Assembly (NCBI GenBank): GCA_038210095.1
Contig: JBBQXA010000001.1
Location: 6,732 to 70,731, forward strand
DNA length: 64,000 bases
Direction: 5' to 3'
Source of the DNA: Burkholderiales bacterium
GTDB lineage: Bacteria; Pseudomonadota; Gammaproteobacteria; Burkholderiales; Gallionellaceae
In this document: positions 9,421 through 19,529 of the stretch, one piece after another
How positions within the stretch are numbered: the first letter of the stretch is position 1
Layout: each line of letters starts with the position of its first letter
The notes under the pieces: generated by a model
What the model was told of the DNA's origin: nothing
Databases searched by the model: none
Seen by the model: the letters and a program-made list of their open reading frames with translations, nothing else
Made by a program: the position numbers and the translations under genes

Positions 9421-10388
9421 CGCCGCAGCTCGGCCAATGCCGCATCGAGTCTCGTCCATTCCACTTCGTCGCATGGCAGTCCGAATCTCACGCTGACGGG
9501 CTGGGCAAACACGCGCGTCAATATGCCTCGTTGCGCGAGTTGTTCGTGCACGCGCTGAGCATCCGCGCAGCACACCCACTGGAACAAGGAACTAGCGCCC
9601 GTCGCTACTAGGCCATGTGCGCGCAGCAATTCCTGTAATCGCTGCGACGCCAGCGGCAGGGCTGCGCGCGTTGCGTGTTGCCATACCGCATCCTGCAAAG
9701 CTTGCATCGCGACATGACGCGAGGGGGCGGCTATCGTCCAAGGTCCGAGCAATTCACGCATCGCGTCGCATAGTGATTCTTCTGCCAGCACAAAGCCGAC
9801 GCGAACACCGGCAAGGCCGAAAAACTTGCCCAGCGAACGCAACACGATCAGCCCTCTTAATGGGCAAGCAGATGCGAGGCTATGCTCAGGTGTGACGTCC
9901 ATATAGGCCTCGTCCACCACCAGCCAACCGCCGCGCGCAGCCAGCTTGGTATGCAAGGCCAACAGTTCTTCGCGACTAAAAAGTTTACCGGTGGGATTGT
10001 TCGGATTGACGATGACGACGACATCCGCATCCGTTTGCAAAATCTCGCTCGCGCAGACCTCGACAATTTTATGCTCGCGCCAGGCATAAGCGTGTTCGGC
10101 ATAGCTGGGCGTGACCAGCGCGACGCGCGAACGTGTACGCAACATCGGCAGCACTTGTATCGCCGCCTGCGAGCCCGAAACCGCCAGCAAGGAATCCGTA
10201 CCGTAATACTCTGTGGCGGCGGCATCCAGCCCGTCGTCATCTTGCGGAAGTCGCTGCCAGAGATCGGCAGCCAACAGCGGCACAGGCCAGCCATTTGGAT
10301 TGATGCCGGTGGACAAATCCAACCAGTCCGATTCGGGTATGTCATATCGAAGTGCAGCCGCGCGCAGCTTGCCGCCGTGTTCAAGCAT
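9417..10388 (-). CDS. cobD: Threonine-phosphate decarboxylase (PLP-dependent)
   Basis: [41 protein letters not shown]; start at MLEHGG. Confidence 0.92.
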   Translation of the reverse strand: MLEHGGKLRAAALRYDIPESDWLDLSTGINPNGWPVPLLAADLWQRLPQDDDGLDAAATEYYGTDSLLAVSGSQAAIQVLPMLRTRSRVALVTPSYAEHAYAWREHKIVEVCASEILQTDADVVVIVNPNNPTGKLFSREELLALHTKLAARGGWLVVDEAYMDVTPEHSLASACPLRGLIVLRSLGKFFGLAGVRVGFVLAEESLCDAMRELLGPWTIAAPSRHVAMQALQDAVWQHATRAALPLASQRLQELLRAHGLVATGASSLFQWVCCADAQRVHEQLAQRGILTRVFAQPVSVRFGLPCDEVEWTRLDAALAELRR

Positions 10389-11304
10389 AGTGACTCCAAA
10401 GTGAAATGACGAACACACATCCCAGCCACAGATACAGGGTATGCCGCACCAACCGAACCGCGCGCAGAATGTCTGCCGCAGCAACCGATGCACCACATCC
10501 CAGCACAGGACGCTGCTCCAGTTGCCCGTGATAGATGGCCGCACCGCCCAGTTTTACCTGCAAAGCGCCCGCACCCGCCGCCATGACCGGACCGGCATTC
10601 GGGCTGTCCCACAACGGAGCCTGCGCACGCCAACATTGCAACGCGCTGTGCGTATGACCCACCAGCGCATAACTCAGCGCGGTCAGCCGCGCCGGGATGA
10701 AGTTCAGCACATCATCCAGTCGCGCCGCCGCCCAACCGAAATGGTTGTAGCGCTCGTTGCGGTAACCCCACATCGCATCCAGCGTATTGCTCAAACGATA
10801 GATCACCACACCGGGCGCACCCGCGACGACGAACCAGAACAGCGCACCGTAAATCGCATCGTTGCCATTCTCCAGCACCGACTCCACCGTCGCGCGCGCC
10901 ACGCCTTCCTCGTCCAGTTGCGAGGTGTCGCGGCTGACGATCATGCCCACTGCTTGCCGCGCGGCGGGCATATCACCCATAGCCTTAGCGACGCGATCGG
11001 CATGCTCTCTCAGACTGCGCGGTGCGATAGCGAAATAGAGGATGATGACAGCGCTCAGCGGGCCAATGATTGCAAAACGTTGCAGCCATGCGGCGCAGAG
11101 CACAAAGGGAATCAGCAACAAGCCGACGGCAAACACGCCGCGCACGCGACGCATGAGGGAGGATGTTTCGGGGGGGCCGTAACAGATGGCTTCGATCCGA
11201 TGCGTCAAATCACCGAAACCCGCCAGCGGATGAAAGCGATGCGGCTCGCCCAGCAGCCGGTCTAGCAATACGGCGGCTAGCATGATCAATGCGACACTCA
11301 ACAC
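10381..11304 (-). CDS. cbiB: Adenosylcobinamide-phosphate synthase CbiB
   Basis: LGEPHRFHPL, IVSRDT, ESVLENGND, NTLDAMWGY, SPNAG; GTG start at 11304 with GGAG SD, overlapping the bluB stop. Confidence 0.93.
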   Translation of the reverse strand: MLSVALIMLAAVLLDRLLGEPHRFHPLAGFGDLTHRIEAICYGPPETSSLMRRVRGVFAVGLLLIPFVLCAAWLQRFAIIGPLSAVIILYFAIAPRSLREHADRVAKAMGDMPAARQAVGMIVSRDTSQLDEEGVARATVESVLENGNDAIYGALFWFVVAGAPGVVIYRLSNTLDAMWGYRNERYNHFGWAAARLDDVLNFIPARLTALSYALVGHTHSALQCWRAQAPLWDSPNAGPVMAAGAGALQVKLGGAAIYHGQLEQRPVLGCGASVAAADILRAVRLVRHTLYLWLGCVFVISLWSHYA

Positions 11305-11963
11305 TGCGCACTCCAGCGATCCTGCATCACTTTCAGCGGCTTGCCCTGTCGCCAGTCGAGCTGCTCCAGCATCGGCCTCGCATAGAACTCGCGCACCGGC
11401 CCCAGACACAGCACCGCGACAGGTTTTGCCTCGGGTGGACAGTCCAGCAATTGTCCCAGTCGCTCTGGGTCGAATAATGACACCCATCCCATACCGAGAT
11501 TTTCGGCGCGCGCGGCCAGCCAGAAATTTTCGATTGCACAGGCCACCGAACATAGCGCCATCTCCTGCGGCATGGTGCGGCGCCCAAACACGGTCCCATC
11601 GTCGACCGCCAGCACCACGACCAGCAGCTCAGCACATTCGCGTATACCTTCCACCTTCAATCGCAGAAATTCGGCATCGCGTTCACCCAGTGCCTGTGCG
11701 GTTAACACCCGCTCTTCGTCCACCAGTCCGGAAATACGCTGGCGCACTGATAAGTCGCTGATACGGATGATGCGCCAAGGTTGCATCAAACCAACCGAGG
11801 GGGCATGGTGGGCAGCCTGCAACAAACGCTGCAATACCGCTTCATCCACTTCCGAATCCGGCAGAAAATGGCGCATATCACGACGCGCCGCGATTACGCG
11901 ATAGAGCGCATCCCGTTCGCCGGCAGAAAATTGCGCTGGAAGATCAGGTAGAATTTCAGACAT
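11298..11963 (-). CDS. bluB: 5,6-dimethylbenzimidazole synthase
   Basis: RRDMRHF, APSVGLMQPW, LKVEGIRE, GMGWVS. Confidence 0.95.
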   Translation of the reverse strand: MSEILPDLPAQFSAGERDALYRVIAARRDMRHFLPDSEVDEAVLQRLLQAAHHAPSVGLMQPWRIIRISDLSVRQRISGLVDEERVLTAQALGERDAEFLRLKVEGIRECAELLVVVLAVDDGTVFGRRTMPQEMALCSVACAIENFWLAARAENLGMGWVSLFDPERLGQLLDCPPEAKPVAVLCLGPVREFYARPMLEQLDWRQGKPLKVMQDRWSAQC

Positions 11964-12038
11964 GGTCGGGGCTGGCTGTCATCCGGTTGCGACTAATCCG
12001 GCGATTTGATGATGCGGCGCGGGTTGCATCCATTCCTG

Positions 12039-12638
12039 TTACAGATCAATGCCGGGCTGCGCACGTACACCCGCGCGGAAAGCGTGTTTAACGTCGTGCA
12101 GTTCGCTTACTGTGTCGGCCATTTCCAGCAGACTATCGGGCGCAGCGCGACCGGTAATGACAACGTGTTGCATAGTCGGGCGGGCAGCGAGATCGGCGCA
12201 GACCTGTTGCGCATCAAGATAGCCGTAATTGATCAGATAAGTCAGTTCATCCAGCACCACGAGATGCAGTGAAGTATCCCGCAACAGCTCCTGCGCGACA
12301 GCCCAACCACGCTGCGCTGCGGCCACATCGGCGTCACGATTTTGCGTCTCCCACGTGAAGCCTTCGCCGACGACATGCCATTGCACATCGAGCTGCCCTC
12401 CGAGGAACTTCTCTTCCCCGGTATCGCGACGACTCTTGATGAATTGCACCACACCTGCTTTCAGGCCATAGCCCAAAGTGCGGGCGACCATGCCGAAGGC
12501 GGAACTCGATTTCCCTTTGCCGTTGCCCGTCAGCACCAGCATCACGCCTTTATCTTGCTCGGCCCGCGAAATTGCCGCGTCCACCACGGCTTTTTTGCGC
12601 TCCATGCGTTGCTGGTGCCGCGATGCTTTATCAGGCAT
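12039..12638 (-). CDS. cobO: Cob(I)yrinic acid a,c-diamide adenosyltransferase (CobO/BtuR)
   Basis: TGNGKGKSS, VQFIK, GFTWETQ, LDEL, ITGR, KHAF. Confidence 0.96.
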   Translation of the reverse strand: MPDKASRHQQRMERKKAVVDAAISRAEQDKGVMLVLTGNGKGKSSSAFGMVARTLGYGLKAGVVQFIKSRRDTGEEKFLGGQLDVQWHVVGEGFTWETQNRDADVAAAQRGWAVAQELLRDTSLHLVVLDELTYLINYGYLDAQQVCADLAARPTMQHVVITGRAAPDSLLEMADTVSELHDVKHAFRAGVRAQPGIDL

Positions 12639-13200
12639 GGTTCATTTGATTAGCATCACTACGACGGGCGAGCACGGCATACAGCAGAGCGGCCGGCACC
12701 AGATACATCGCAGCGCCCGACACATAAGGCAAGTAATACTGCGCGATACGACCGGCATATTCTGCAATACTCAGATCGGGGAAGCGGCCGGAGAACAGAT
12801 AAAACGCGCCGTTGGAAATGAGGAACGCCACGCTGACTGCGGCAAACGAGATGGCGGAAAATCGTCCCAGACTACGCAACGTGAACTGATGAATCTGCGC
12901 ATAGTAGCGGCCCGCATACCACAGGGCGGCATAGGTCGGAATCAGGAACCAGTAGGCCGGAGTCACGCAATAATCGCTTACACCAAGATGGGTGATCGCC
13001 ACATAGTCGAGCACGCCCGCTTCCAGCATCAGCAACGCAAAGAAGGATGGTCTGGCGATAAAAACTCCCGCCAGAAGAAAGACCGCCAATGAGGCATCCG
13101 GGAAGTGCAGCGAGCTGCCGAAATGGTGCATGCGCGTGGCGGCCATCAAAGCAACCAGGGCAAATCCTACGAGCAGCTGGCTGCGGGAAGTCTGTTTCAT
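12631..13200 (-). CDS. btuM: BtuM-type solitary ECF S-component cobalamin transporter
   Basis: About 6 TM segments; TRxHH..PDASxAxF, DYVAIT, DYCVTPAYW (putative Co-ligating Cys), FYLFSGRF resemble Thiobacillus BtuM; lies after btuB. Confidence 0.8.
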   Translation of the reverse strand: MKQTSRSQLLVGFALVALMAATRMHHFGSSLHFPDASLAVFLLAGVFIARPSFFALLMLEAGVLDYVAITHLGVSDYCVTPAYWFLIPTYAALWYAGRYYAQIHQFTLRSLGRFSAISFAAVSVAFLISNGAFYLFSGRFPDLSIAEYAGRIAQYYLPYVSGAAMYLVPAALLYAVLARRSDANQMNHA

Positions 13201-13259
13201 GTCTGTCTCCTTAAAGTTTCTGTGTAGCTGTTCATCCGCGGTGGCGGATGAACATGCGG

Positions 13260-15083
13260 CTAGTTTTCAGTTCGGTATTTAAGCGTGAAGTATAACCCGC
13301 GCCGAGGCTGATTAAAGTACTGCGCGGTCTCATATTGCTTATCGAGCAGATTGTCGATGCGTCCCTGTAGCAACCAATCCGCGTTGACACGGTATTCGGC
13401 GCGAAGATCGACCAGACCGTATCCCGCCAAGCGGCTGGAATTACTGTTGGCAAGATTGTCGAAACGACGACCTTCTGCATATAGCGAGCCGGCGTAGCGA
13501 TAGTCACCAAAACTGCGGGCGATTTCCATACGCATTGCTTCGCTTGCGCGGCGATTAAGCAGCTTGCCCTGATTCGCACCCGAAGTCTGGCGCGGGTCCT
13601 GCAATGTCAACGAGCCCTTTAATTCCCAATCCGCCAGACGGGTCTGCGCTTGGCCTTCCAGACCACTCATGCGGGCGGTATTGATATTGACCGGCGTAAA
13701 AAATGCGTCGTAACCGATTAGATCAACCACCTCGGTCTGATAGCCATGTACCGACCATTCGGTTGACTCATGGCGACCAGAAATGCCTAACTCCAAGCTA
13801 CGGGAGCGTTCCGGGTGTAACACCGCACTGCCGAATCCCGGGTAGTACAACTGGTTGAAGGTGGGGGCTTTGAATGCCGTGCCATAAGAAGCCATCAGCC
13901 TAGTCTCGTCGCTCAGCGCATAGCCGTAACCGATACCACCTGTGTCATGGCTGCCGAATTGCTGGTTGTTATCGCGGCGCAGGCTGGCCTGCATACTGTG
14001 AGCGCCGAACTCGCCCTGATATTGACCGAAGAGCGCACCGTTGCTGCGCGATGTCCGGGCATATGCGCGGCTACTCCTGATTCCGTCCTGCTGATAATCC
14101 AGTCCCACCGTAAGGAGCTGTGATTCGCTCATGGCAATGTCGTTCTGCAACGACAGGCTGTCGCGCTGCGTGTTGTAGCGATCAATATACAAACCATTGA
14201 AGAATATCTCTGAATTATCCTGGCTGCTGCCCGTGCGCAAAGTCATGTCCCATGGCTGTAGCGGGGAAAATTTCAACGATCCTCCCAGCACCTGCTGCGT
14301 GCCCTTGGTTTCGTTGCCGGCAAAAATGCTGCCATCGGATTTACTAAAGCTGTTCGCACGCAACATATTAAAATCTGCCGCCATGCCATTGTCGAAGCGA
14401 TACCCGCCGTTCATGCCCAGCGAGGAATTGCGGTAGCCATCCTTGTCCGGCTGGTTCACGAAACAGCCGGCTGCCAGATTGCCACGACAGGCATTGAAGC
14501 CCTGGGTTTCCTGCTGATTAACACGGGCATTGAACCATCCGTTTTCACTGCCGCCGCCGAAGCCCAACATCGTATTGCTGGAACCATAGCTGCCGCCAGT
14601 GATGCTGGCGCTTGGATGGAAGGCCCCCCGCCCCTTGCGGGTGAAAATCTGGATCACGCCGCCGATTGCCTCCGAACCGTAAAGGCTGGCCCGCGGCCCG
14701 CGCACGATTTCGATGTGATCGATTTGTTCGACGGGTATATCTTGGATGGATGCCGTGCCCAATGTGGCCGAGCCGATCTTGACACCGTCGACCATCATCA
14801 GCACATGGTCGGCATTGCTGCCGCGCAGGAAGACTGAGGTCGCCTTACCCGGACCACCGTTGTTGCTAAGGGTCAACCCTGCGGCACCGCGCAGCAACTC
14901 CGGCAAAGATTGCGCCTGCAACCGTTCGATATCCTTGCGGGTGATCACGGTAACCGATGCCAGTGCGGCATCGGCCGACTGGGCGGTGCGTGTCGCAGTG
15001 ACAATAACAATAGCAAGAGGGTCTGCCGCGTAGGCATTGATACACGACGCTCCGAGTAGAGCGACGGCTAGTTTGTATTTCAT
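13260..15083 (-). CDS. btuB: TonB-dependent vitamin B12 receptor
   Basis: Signal peptide, IVTATR TonB-box region, IEIVRGPRASLYGSEAIGGVI plug motif, beta-barrel C-terminus; downstream of a B12 riboswitch. Confidence 0.93.
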   Translation of the reverse strand: MKYKLAVALLGASCINAYAADPLAIVIVTATRTAQSADAALASVTVITRKDIERLQAQSLPELLRGAAGLTLSNNGGPGKATSVFLRGSNADHVLMMVDGVKIGSATLGTASIQDIPVEQIDHIEIVRGPRASLYGSEAIGGVIQIFTRKGRGAFHPSASITGGSYGSSNTMLGFGGGSENGWFNARVNQQETQGFNACRGNLAAGCFVNQPDKDGYRNSSLGMNGGYRFDNGMAADFNMLRANSFSKSDGSIFAGNETKGTQQVLGGSLKFSPLQPWDMTLRTGSSQDNSEIFFNGLYIDRYNTQRDSLSLQNDIAMSESQLLTVGLDYQQDGIRSSRAYARTSRSNGALFGQYQGEFGAHSMQASLRRDNNQQFGSHDTGGIGYGYALSDETRLMASYGTAFKAPTFNQLYYPGFGSAVLHPERSRSLELGISGRHESTEWSVHGYQTEVVDLIGYDAFFTPVNINTARMSGLEGQAQTRLADWELKGSLTLQDPRQTSGANQGKLLNRRASEAMRMEIARSFGDYRYAGSLYAEGRRFDNLANSNSSRLAGYGLVDLRAEYRVNADWLLQGRIDNLLDKQYETAQYFNQPRRGLYFTLKYRTEN

Positions 15084-15204
15084 TAATAACTCCTGACAAG
15101 TTTCAAGCGTCCCCGCTGAAACATTGCAAAATCAGGAAATACGAAGGGGGCGGGCGGTCTTTGAGAACATGCAGATACCGTCCATGCGCCTCCCGCACAT
15201 TTCC

Positions 15205-15385
15205 TGAACCATGCTCAAGGCCGGTATCCGGGCTCACAAGACTTGCTCCGTCGCCTTCCCATGATGACTCACAGTGGCATATCGACAGAACCGCACTTGC
15301 TTACCGTTGCGGGGGCAGCACAGGTATTGCACCTGTTTCCCGTTTAACCAGACTGCAAGCAGACTGGCACCTCAAAGCGGCGCGC
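15205..15385 (-). ncRNA. Cobalamin (AdoCbl) riboswitch
   Basis: Minus strand AGGUGC...UUAAACGGGAAACAGGUGCAAUACCUGUGCUGCCCCCGCAACGGUAA...GCCACUG...GGGAAGG...GAGCCCGGAUACCGGCC (B12 box). Confidence 0.95.
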
Positions 15386-15468
15386 ACTTTATCACAGCTG
15401 CTCTGTTCTGCCTAAGCACCCCGCCAACATCAGAGTCATAAAGAACTTGCACAAGCCGCGCTTACCAT

Positions 15469-15498
15469 TTGACTTGTCAGCACTTTTCACACTATAGT
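15469..15498 (+). promoter_or_regulatory. Sigma70 promoter for zapB-like/zapA
   Basis: TTGACT-18 nt-TATAGT. Confidence 0.6.
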
Positions 15499-15504
15499 CG
15501 CCGC

Positions 15505-15705
15505 ATGGAAAATGAACTGAACGCGCTGGAGGAAAAGCTCGCCCAACTGATACTGGTTAGCGGAAAGCTGCGCGCTGAAAATCATAGTCTGCGCCAAGAG
15601 TTAGCAAACGCCCTCAGCAGCAACCGACTATGCGACGATAAAATAGCAAGTGCGAAAGATCGCTTAGAAACACTGCTGTCCACACTACCCGAAGAAACGC
15701 CATGA
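15505..15705 (+). CDS. ZapB-like coiled-coil cell division protein
   Basis: MENELNALEEKLAQL...LRAENHSLRQEL coiled coil; ATGA overlap with zapA. Confidence 0.75.
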   Translation: MENELNALEEKLAQLILVSGKLRAENHSLRQELANALSSNRLCDDKIASAKDRLETLLSTLPEETP

Positions 15706-16013
15706 GCACTCCCTCCAAAACACTTGACGTCAAGTTACTCGACCGCGAGTTGCGCGTCGCCTGCCCCGAGGATGAGCGTGGTGAGTTACTCGACGCGGTA
15801 GCCTATCTGGACAAGAAGATGCGCGAAATTCGCGATACCGGCAAAGTTGCCAACGTTGAGCGCATCGCGCTGATGGCGGCCCTGAATATCACACACGAAC
15901 TGCTGACCACCAAAGTCGGCCGCGGCTTTGATCTCGCGGATTTTAAGCGTAGAATGGATCGTATGCAGACAGCCATCGATGAGGCATTAGCCAAACAGGA
16001 TGCGTTGTTTTAA
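15702..16013 (+). CDS. zapA: Cell division protein ZapA
   Basis: VACPEDE..LLDAVAYLDKKMREI, ERIALMAALNITHEL. Confidence 0.95.
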   Translation: MSTPSKTLDVKLLDRELRVACPEDERGELLDAVAYLDKKMREIRDTGKVANVERIALMAALNITHELLTTKVGRGFDLADFKRRMDRMQTAIDEALAKQDALF

Positions 16014-16070
16014 CCGGGAAAATAACCCGTTATCCGCATAAGCGTTTCGGGTAACAGGTTAAAAGTTTGA

Positions 16071-16244
16071 CCCCTGCGGTGTTCGTGAGATTCATAATTC
16101 TTTGAACCAATAAGCTTTGCTTAAGGTTGTGACCATTAACGCTGCTGTTGTGCGCATCCCATGTGGATGTACCTGATGCAGTCTGGAAGCAGCCCTCTTG
16201 AACCCAGGTTCAAGATATTGAGTCAAATCGGCACAGGCGGGGGG
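16071..16244 (+). ncRNA. ssrS: 6S RNA
   Basis: Directly after zapA; CCCCTGCGGTGTTCG 5' end pairs with GCACAGGCGGGGG 3' end; CTTGAACC/GGTTCAAG motif. Confidence 0.88.
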
Positions 16245-16252
16245 CTTTATTC

Positions 16253-16282
16253 GAGATGCGGCTTCGGCCGCATTTCTTTTTT
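16253..16282 (+). terminator. Rho-independent terminator of ssrS
   Basis: GAGATGCGGC-TTCG-GCCGCATTTC followed by a T run. Confidence 0.8.
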
Positions 16283-16295
16283 CACGAGAGAAATC

Positions 16296-16757
16296 ATGCG
16301 TTACTGGTTAATGAAATCTGAACCTTCCGATGTCAGCATCGACGACCTTGCCGCACTACCCGACCAGAGCGTCGCGTGGTATGGCGTGCGCAACTATCAG
16401 GCACGCAATTTCATGCGCGATCAGATGACGCTAGGGGATGGCGTGCTGTTCTATCATTCGAACTGCAAGGAGCCAGGCATCGCCGGTATCGCGCGGGTCA
16501 GCAGCAGCGCTTATCCAGACGCAACCCAGTTCAATCCGGACGGAAAATACTTCGACCCCAAGGCCACGATGGAGCAACCGCGCTGGTTCAATGTGGATGT
16601 GCAACTGGTTAAAAAAATCGCGCTGATTTCGCTCAGCGAATTGCGCCTGCACCCCGAGCTGGAACGCATGCGCACACTGCAACGCGGCAACCGCCTGTCG
16701 ATCACGCCGCTAGACCCCGCGGAATGGAAATTTATCAACACAAGGCTGGTAGCATGA
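16296..16757 (+). CDS. EVE domain protein
   Basis: MRYWLMKSEP, GVRNYQARNFMRD, FYHS, RLSITP. Confidence 0.93.
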   Translation: MRYWLMKSEPSDVSIDDLAALPDQSVAWYGVRNYQARNFMRDQMTLGDGVLFYHSNCKEPGIAGIARVSSSAYPDATQFNPDGKYFDPKATMEQPRWFNVDVQLVKKIALISLSELRLHPELERMRTLQRGNRLSITPLDPAEWKFINTRLVA

Positions 16758-17560
16758 TAGGCCACGAGTGGCCGGTCTATTACCTCTTGCTCGGTGCAGT
16801 TGCGGGTCTTCTGGGCGGCATGTTCGGTATAGGTGGCGGCACCGTGCTGGTTCCCGTGCTGTTGCTACTGTTCGTGGCACAACAGTTCCCGGCTGAGCAC
16901 GCCATGCATCTCGCGCTGGGCACGTCGATGGCAACCATCATATTCACCTCGATAGCCAGCACCAGAAAGCATCATGAGCTAGGCGCGGTTAACTGGCGCG
17001 TAGTTCTGGCCATTACGCCCGGCATCTTACTGGGCGCAGCGCTGGGAACGACTTTCGCCTCACTAGTATCGGCACATTTTCTAGCTATCTTCTTCGCTCT
17101 GTTCGTGTATTTCGCCGCCGCACAGATATTGCTCGATATCCGTCCACAAGCATCGCGTCAGTTACCCGGCCGCGTCGGACTGACACTCGCCGGAACTTTC
17201 ACAGGATGGCTTAGCACGCTGGTCTCCATAGGTGGCGGCACCATCGTCGTTCCCTTCCTGCTCTGGTGCAACATGCCGCTGCGTAATGCCATCGGCACCT
17301 CGTCCGCTATCGGCTTTCCGGTCGCGATCGGCGGAACCATAGGTTACATACTCACCGGCCTGAACGTGAGCAATCTGCCCGCGCCCACGCTGGGCTACGT
17401 CTACCTTCCTGCGATGATAGGCTGCGCACTTGCCAGCATGTTCACCGCGCCATTAGGCGCAAAGCTGGCACACATCGTAAACTTGGCTCTGCTGCGCAAA
17501 CTGTTCGCCATACTGCTGCTGGGACTGGCGACAAAACTGGTGCTCAAAGTAATTCTCTGA
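16754..17560 (+). CDS. TauE/SafE family sulfite exporter
   Basis: GMFGIGGG..VP repeated as SIGGGTIVVP, ALGTS; multiple TM segments. Confidence 0.9.
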   Translation: MIGHEWPVYYLLLGAVAGLLGGMFGIGGGTVLVPVLLLLFVAQQFPAEHAMHLALGTSMATIIFTSIASTRKHHELGAVNWRVVLAITPGILLGAALGTTFASLVSAHFLAIFFALFVYFAAAQILLDIRPQASRQLPGRVGLTLAGTFTGWLSTLVSIGGGTIVVPFLLWCNMPLRNAIGTSSAIGFPVAIGGTIGYILTGLNVSNLPAPTLGYVYLPAMIGCALASMFTAPLGAKLAHIVNLALLRKLFAILLLGLATKLVLKVIL

Positions 17561-17567
17561 CAGTCAG

Positions 17568-18101
17568 ATGACGGTCAAGCGCACGCCGAATTATCTTGCC
17601 GGCTATCCGGCGGCCACGGTGGATGCCGTGCAACGGCTGATCGCACAGAACAAACTGGCCGATTGGTTATTGCAGAAGTATCCACTCGCACACGAAGTAC
17701 GCACCGACAGCGCACTTTACGACTATGTGCAGGAAATTAAATCCGAGCATCTGCGCAAAGCCGGACCATTAAACAAAGTGATGTTCGACAGCAAGTTGCA
17801 TGTGATAAGCAACGCGCTAGGGATGCACACCCGCATCTCGCGGGTACAAGGCGGAAAGCTCAAAGCCAATAAGGAAATACGCATCGCGACCGTATTCAGG
17901 GAAATGCCGGCCGAGTTTCTGCGCATGATCGTTGTGCATGAACTGGCACACCTCAAGGAACGCGAGCACGACAAGGCCTTCTACCAGCTATGCACCCACA
18001 TGGAGCCGGACTATCACCAACTGGAGTTCGACCTGCGCGCCTATCTCTGTCATCTGAAAATAACCGGCAAGTCGCTCTGGTCGGCGTCAATTCAGGACTA
18101 A
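17568..18101 (+). CDS. YgjP-like (DUF45) metal-dependent hydrolase
   Basis: VHELAH Zn motif, HDKAFYQLC. Confidence 0.88.
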   Translation: MTVKRTPNYLAGYPAATVDAVQRLIAQNKLADWLLQKYPLAHEVRTDSALYDYVQEIKSEHLRKAGPLNKVMFDSKLHVISNALGMHTRISRVQGGKLKANKEIRIATVFREMPAEFLRMIVVHELAHLKEREHDKAFYQLCTHMEPDYHQLEFDLRAYLCHLKITGKSLWSASIQD

Positions 18102-18136
18102 TAGGGTTATCAGTGCCCATCTGCGGATCAAAGCCT

Positions 18137-19522
18137 TTACAACGCGCGCACCTTGACCGTCTTGCCCTTCACCTTGGCTACCGTGAGTCTGCGCACTGCC
18201 TCTTGTCCGATGTTGCGTGCAACAGCGACATAGGTGGATTGGTCGGTCACGTTGATCTTGCCCACCTGCTCGCGCGTGTAGCCCGCATCACCTGTCAGTG
18301 CGCCCAGCACATCACCCGCGCGTATCTTCTCTTTGCGACCGCCGAGGATTTGCAGCGTCATCATGGGCGGTACCAGCTTCGCCCCGTCGTGCGTTAGTTC
18401 ACTCAGCTCATGCCATTCCGGCTCGATTTTCATCAACGCCGCAATCTCCATCACACGACGCTGTTCGGACGGACTGCACAGACTAAGCGCCCAGCCGTTT
18501 TCATCCGCGCGTCCGGTACGTCCGATGCGATGCACATGCACTTCTGGCTCGGGTGTGACATCGACGTTGATGACCGCTTCCAATTGCGCGATGTCCAGTC
18601 CGCGCGCCGCCACGTCAGTGGCAACCAGCACCGAGATGCTGCGATTGGCGAACTGAATTAGCACCTGATCGCGCTCGCGCTGTTCCAGGTCGCCGTTCAA
18701 CGCCAGTGCGGCGATGCCGTGCGCATCCAGCACCGCCATCAAGTCCCAGCATTGCTGTTTGGTGTTGCAGAAAGCCAACGTGCTGACCGGGCGATAATGC
18801 TTGAGTAGCGAGACGACCGCTTCCAGTCTGTCTTCCTTGCTGACCTCATAGAAGCGCTGGCGTATCTTGCTTTCCTCATGCTGCTCCAGCAGTTTTACTT
18901 CCTGCGGATTGCGCATGAACTGGCGTGCTAGTCGCACGATGCCATCAGGATACGTCGCCGAGAACATCAACGTCTGGCGTTGCGCCGGGCAACGCTTGGC
19001 AACGAAGGCGATGTCGTCATAGAAGCCCATATCGAGCATGCGATCAGCCTCGTCCAGCACCAGCGTGTTGAGCGCCTCCAGATTCAGCGTCTCACGCTGC
19101 ATGTGATCCATGATGCGGCCGGGGGTACCCACGACGATATGCGCGCCGTGTTCCAGACTGTTGATCTGCGGACGCATAGTGCTGCCGCCACACAGTGTCA
19201 GTATCTTGATGTTATCGGCGGCGCGTGCCAGACGACGCAGCTCGTTGGACACCTGATCCGCCAGTTCACGCGTCGGACACAGCACCATAGCCTGTACCGC
19301 AAAGCGACGCGGATTCAAATTGGTTAGCAGCGGCAAACCGAATGCGGCCGTCTTGCCGCTGCCGGTCTTGGCCTGCGCGATCAGGTCGTGTCCTGCCAAC
19401 GCGATCGGCAGGCTGGTTGCCTGTATCGGCGTCATCGTCAAATAACCCAGCTGCTGCAAGGTCGCCTGCATCGCCGGTGATAAGGGTAACTCGTTGAATG
19501 AGTTCTTGATCTGTTCAGTCAT
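18137..19522 (-). CDS. dbpA: ATP-dependent RNA helicase DbpA
   Basis: AKTGSGKT, PTRELA, DEAD, SAT, HRIGRTGR; C-terminal GGRKEKIRAGDVLGAL RNA-binding domain. Confidence 0.96.
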   Translation of the reverse strand: MTEQIKNSFNELPLSPAMQATLQQLGYLTMTPIQATSLPIALAGHDLIAQAKTGSGKTAAFGLPLLTNLNPRRFAVQAMVLCPTRELADQVSNELRRLARAADNIKILTLCGGSTMRPQINSLEHGAHIVVGTPGRIMDHMQRETLNLEALNTLVLDEADRMLDMGFYDDIAFVAKRCPAQRQTLMFSATYPDGIVRLARQFMRNPQEVKLLEQHEESKIRQRFYEVSKEDRLEAVVSLLKHYRPVSTLAFCNTKQQCWDLMAVLDAHGIAALALNGDLEQRERDQVLIQFANRSISVLVATDVAARGLDIAQLEAVINVDVTPEPEVHVHRIGRTGRADENGWALSLCSPSEQRRVMEIAALMKIEPEWHELSELTHDGAKLVPPMMTLQILGGRKEKIRAGDVLGALTGDAGYTREQVGKINVTDQSTYVAVARNIGQEAVRRLTVAKVKGKTVKVRAL

Positions 19523-19529
19523 GTTCTAC

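Noticed and set aside
13231-13252. Perfect 9-bp hairpin between btuB and btuM as a terminator
   Set aside because: No U tract on the coding strand; more likely an mRNA stability or processing stem.
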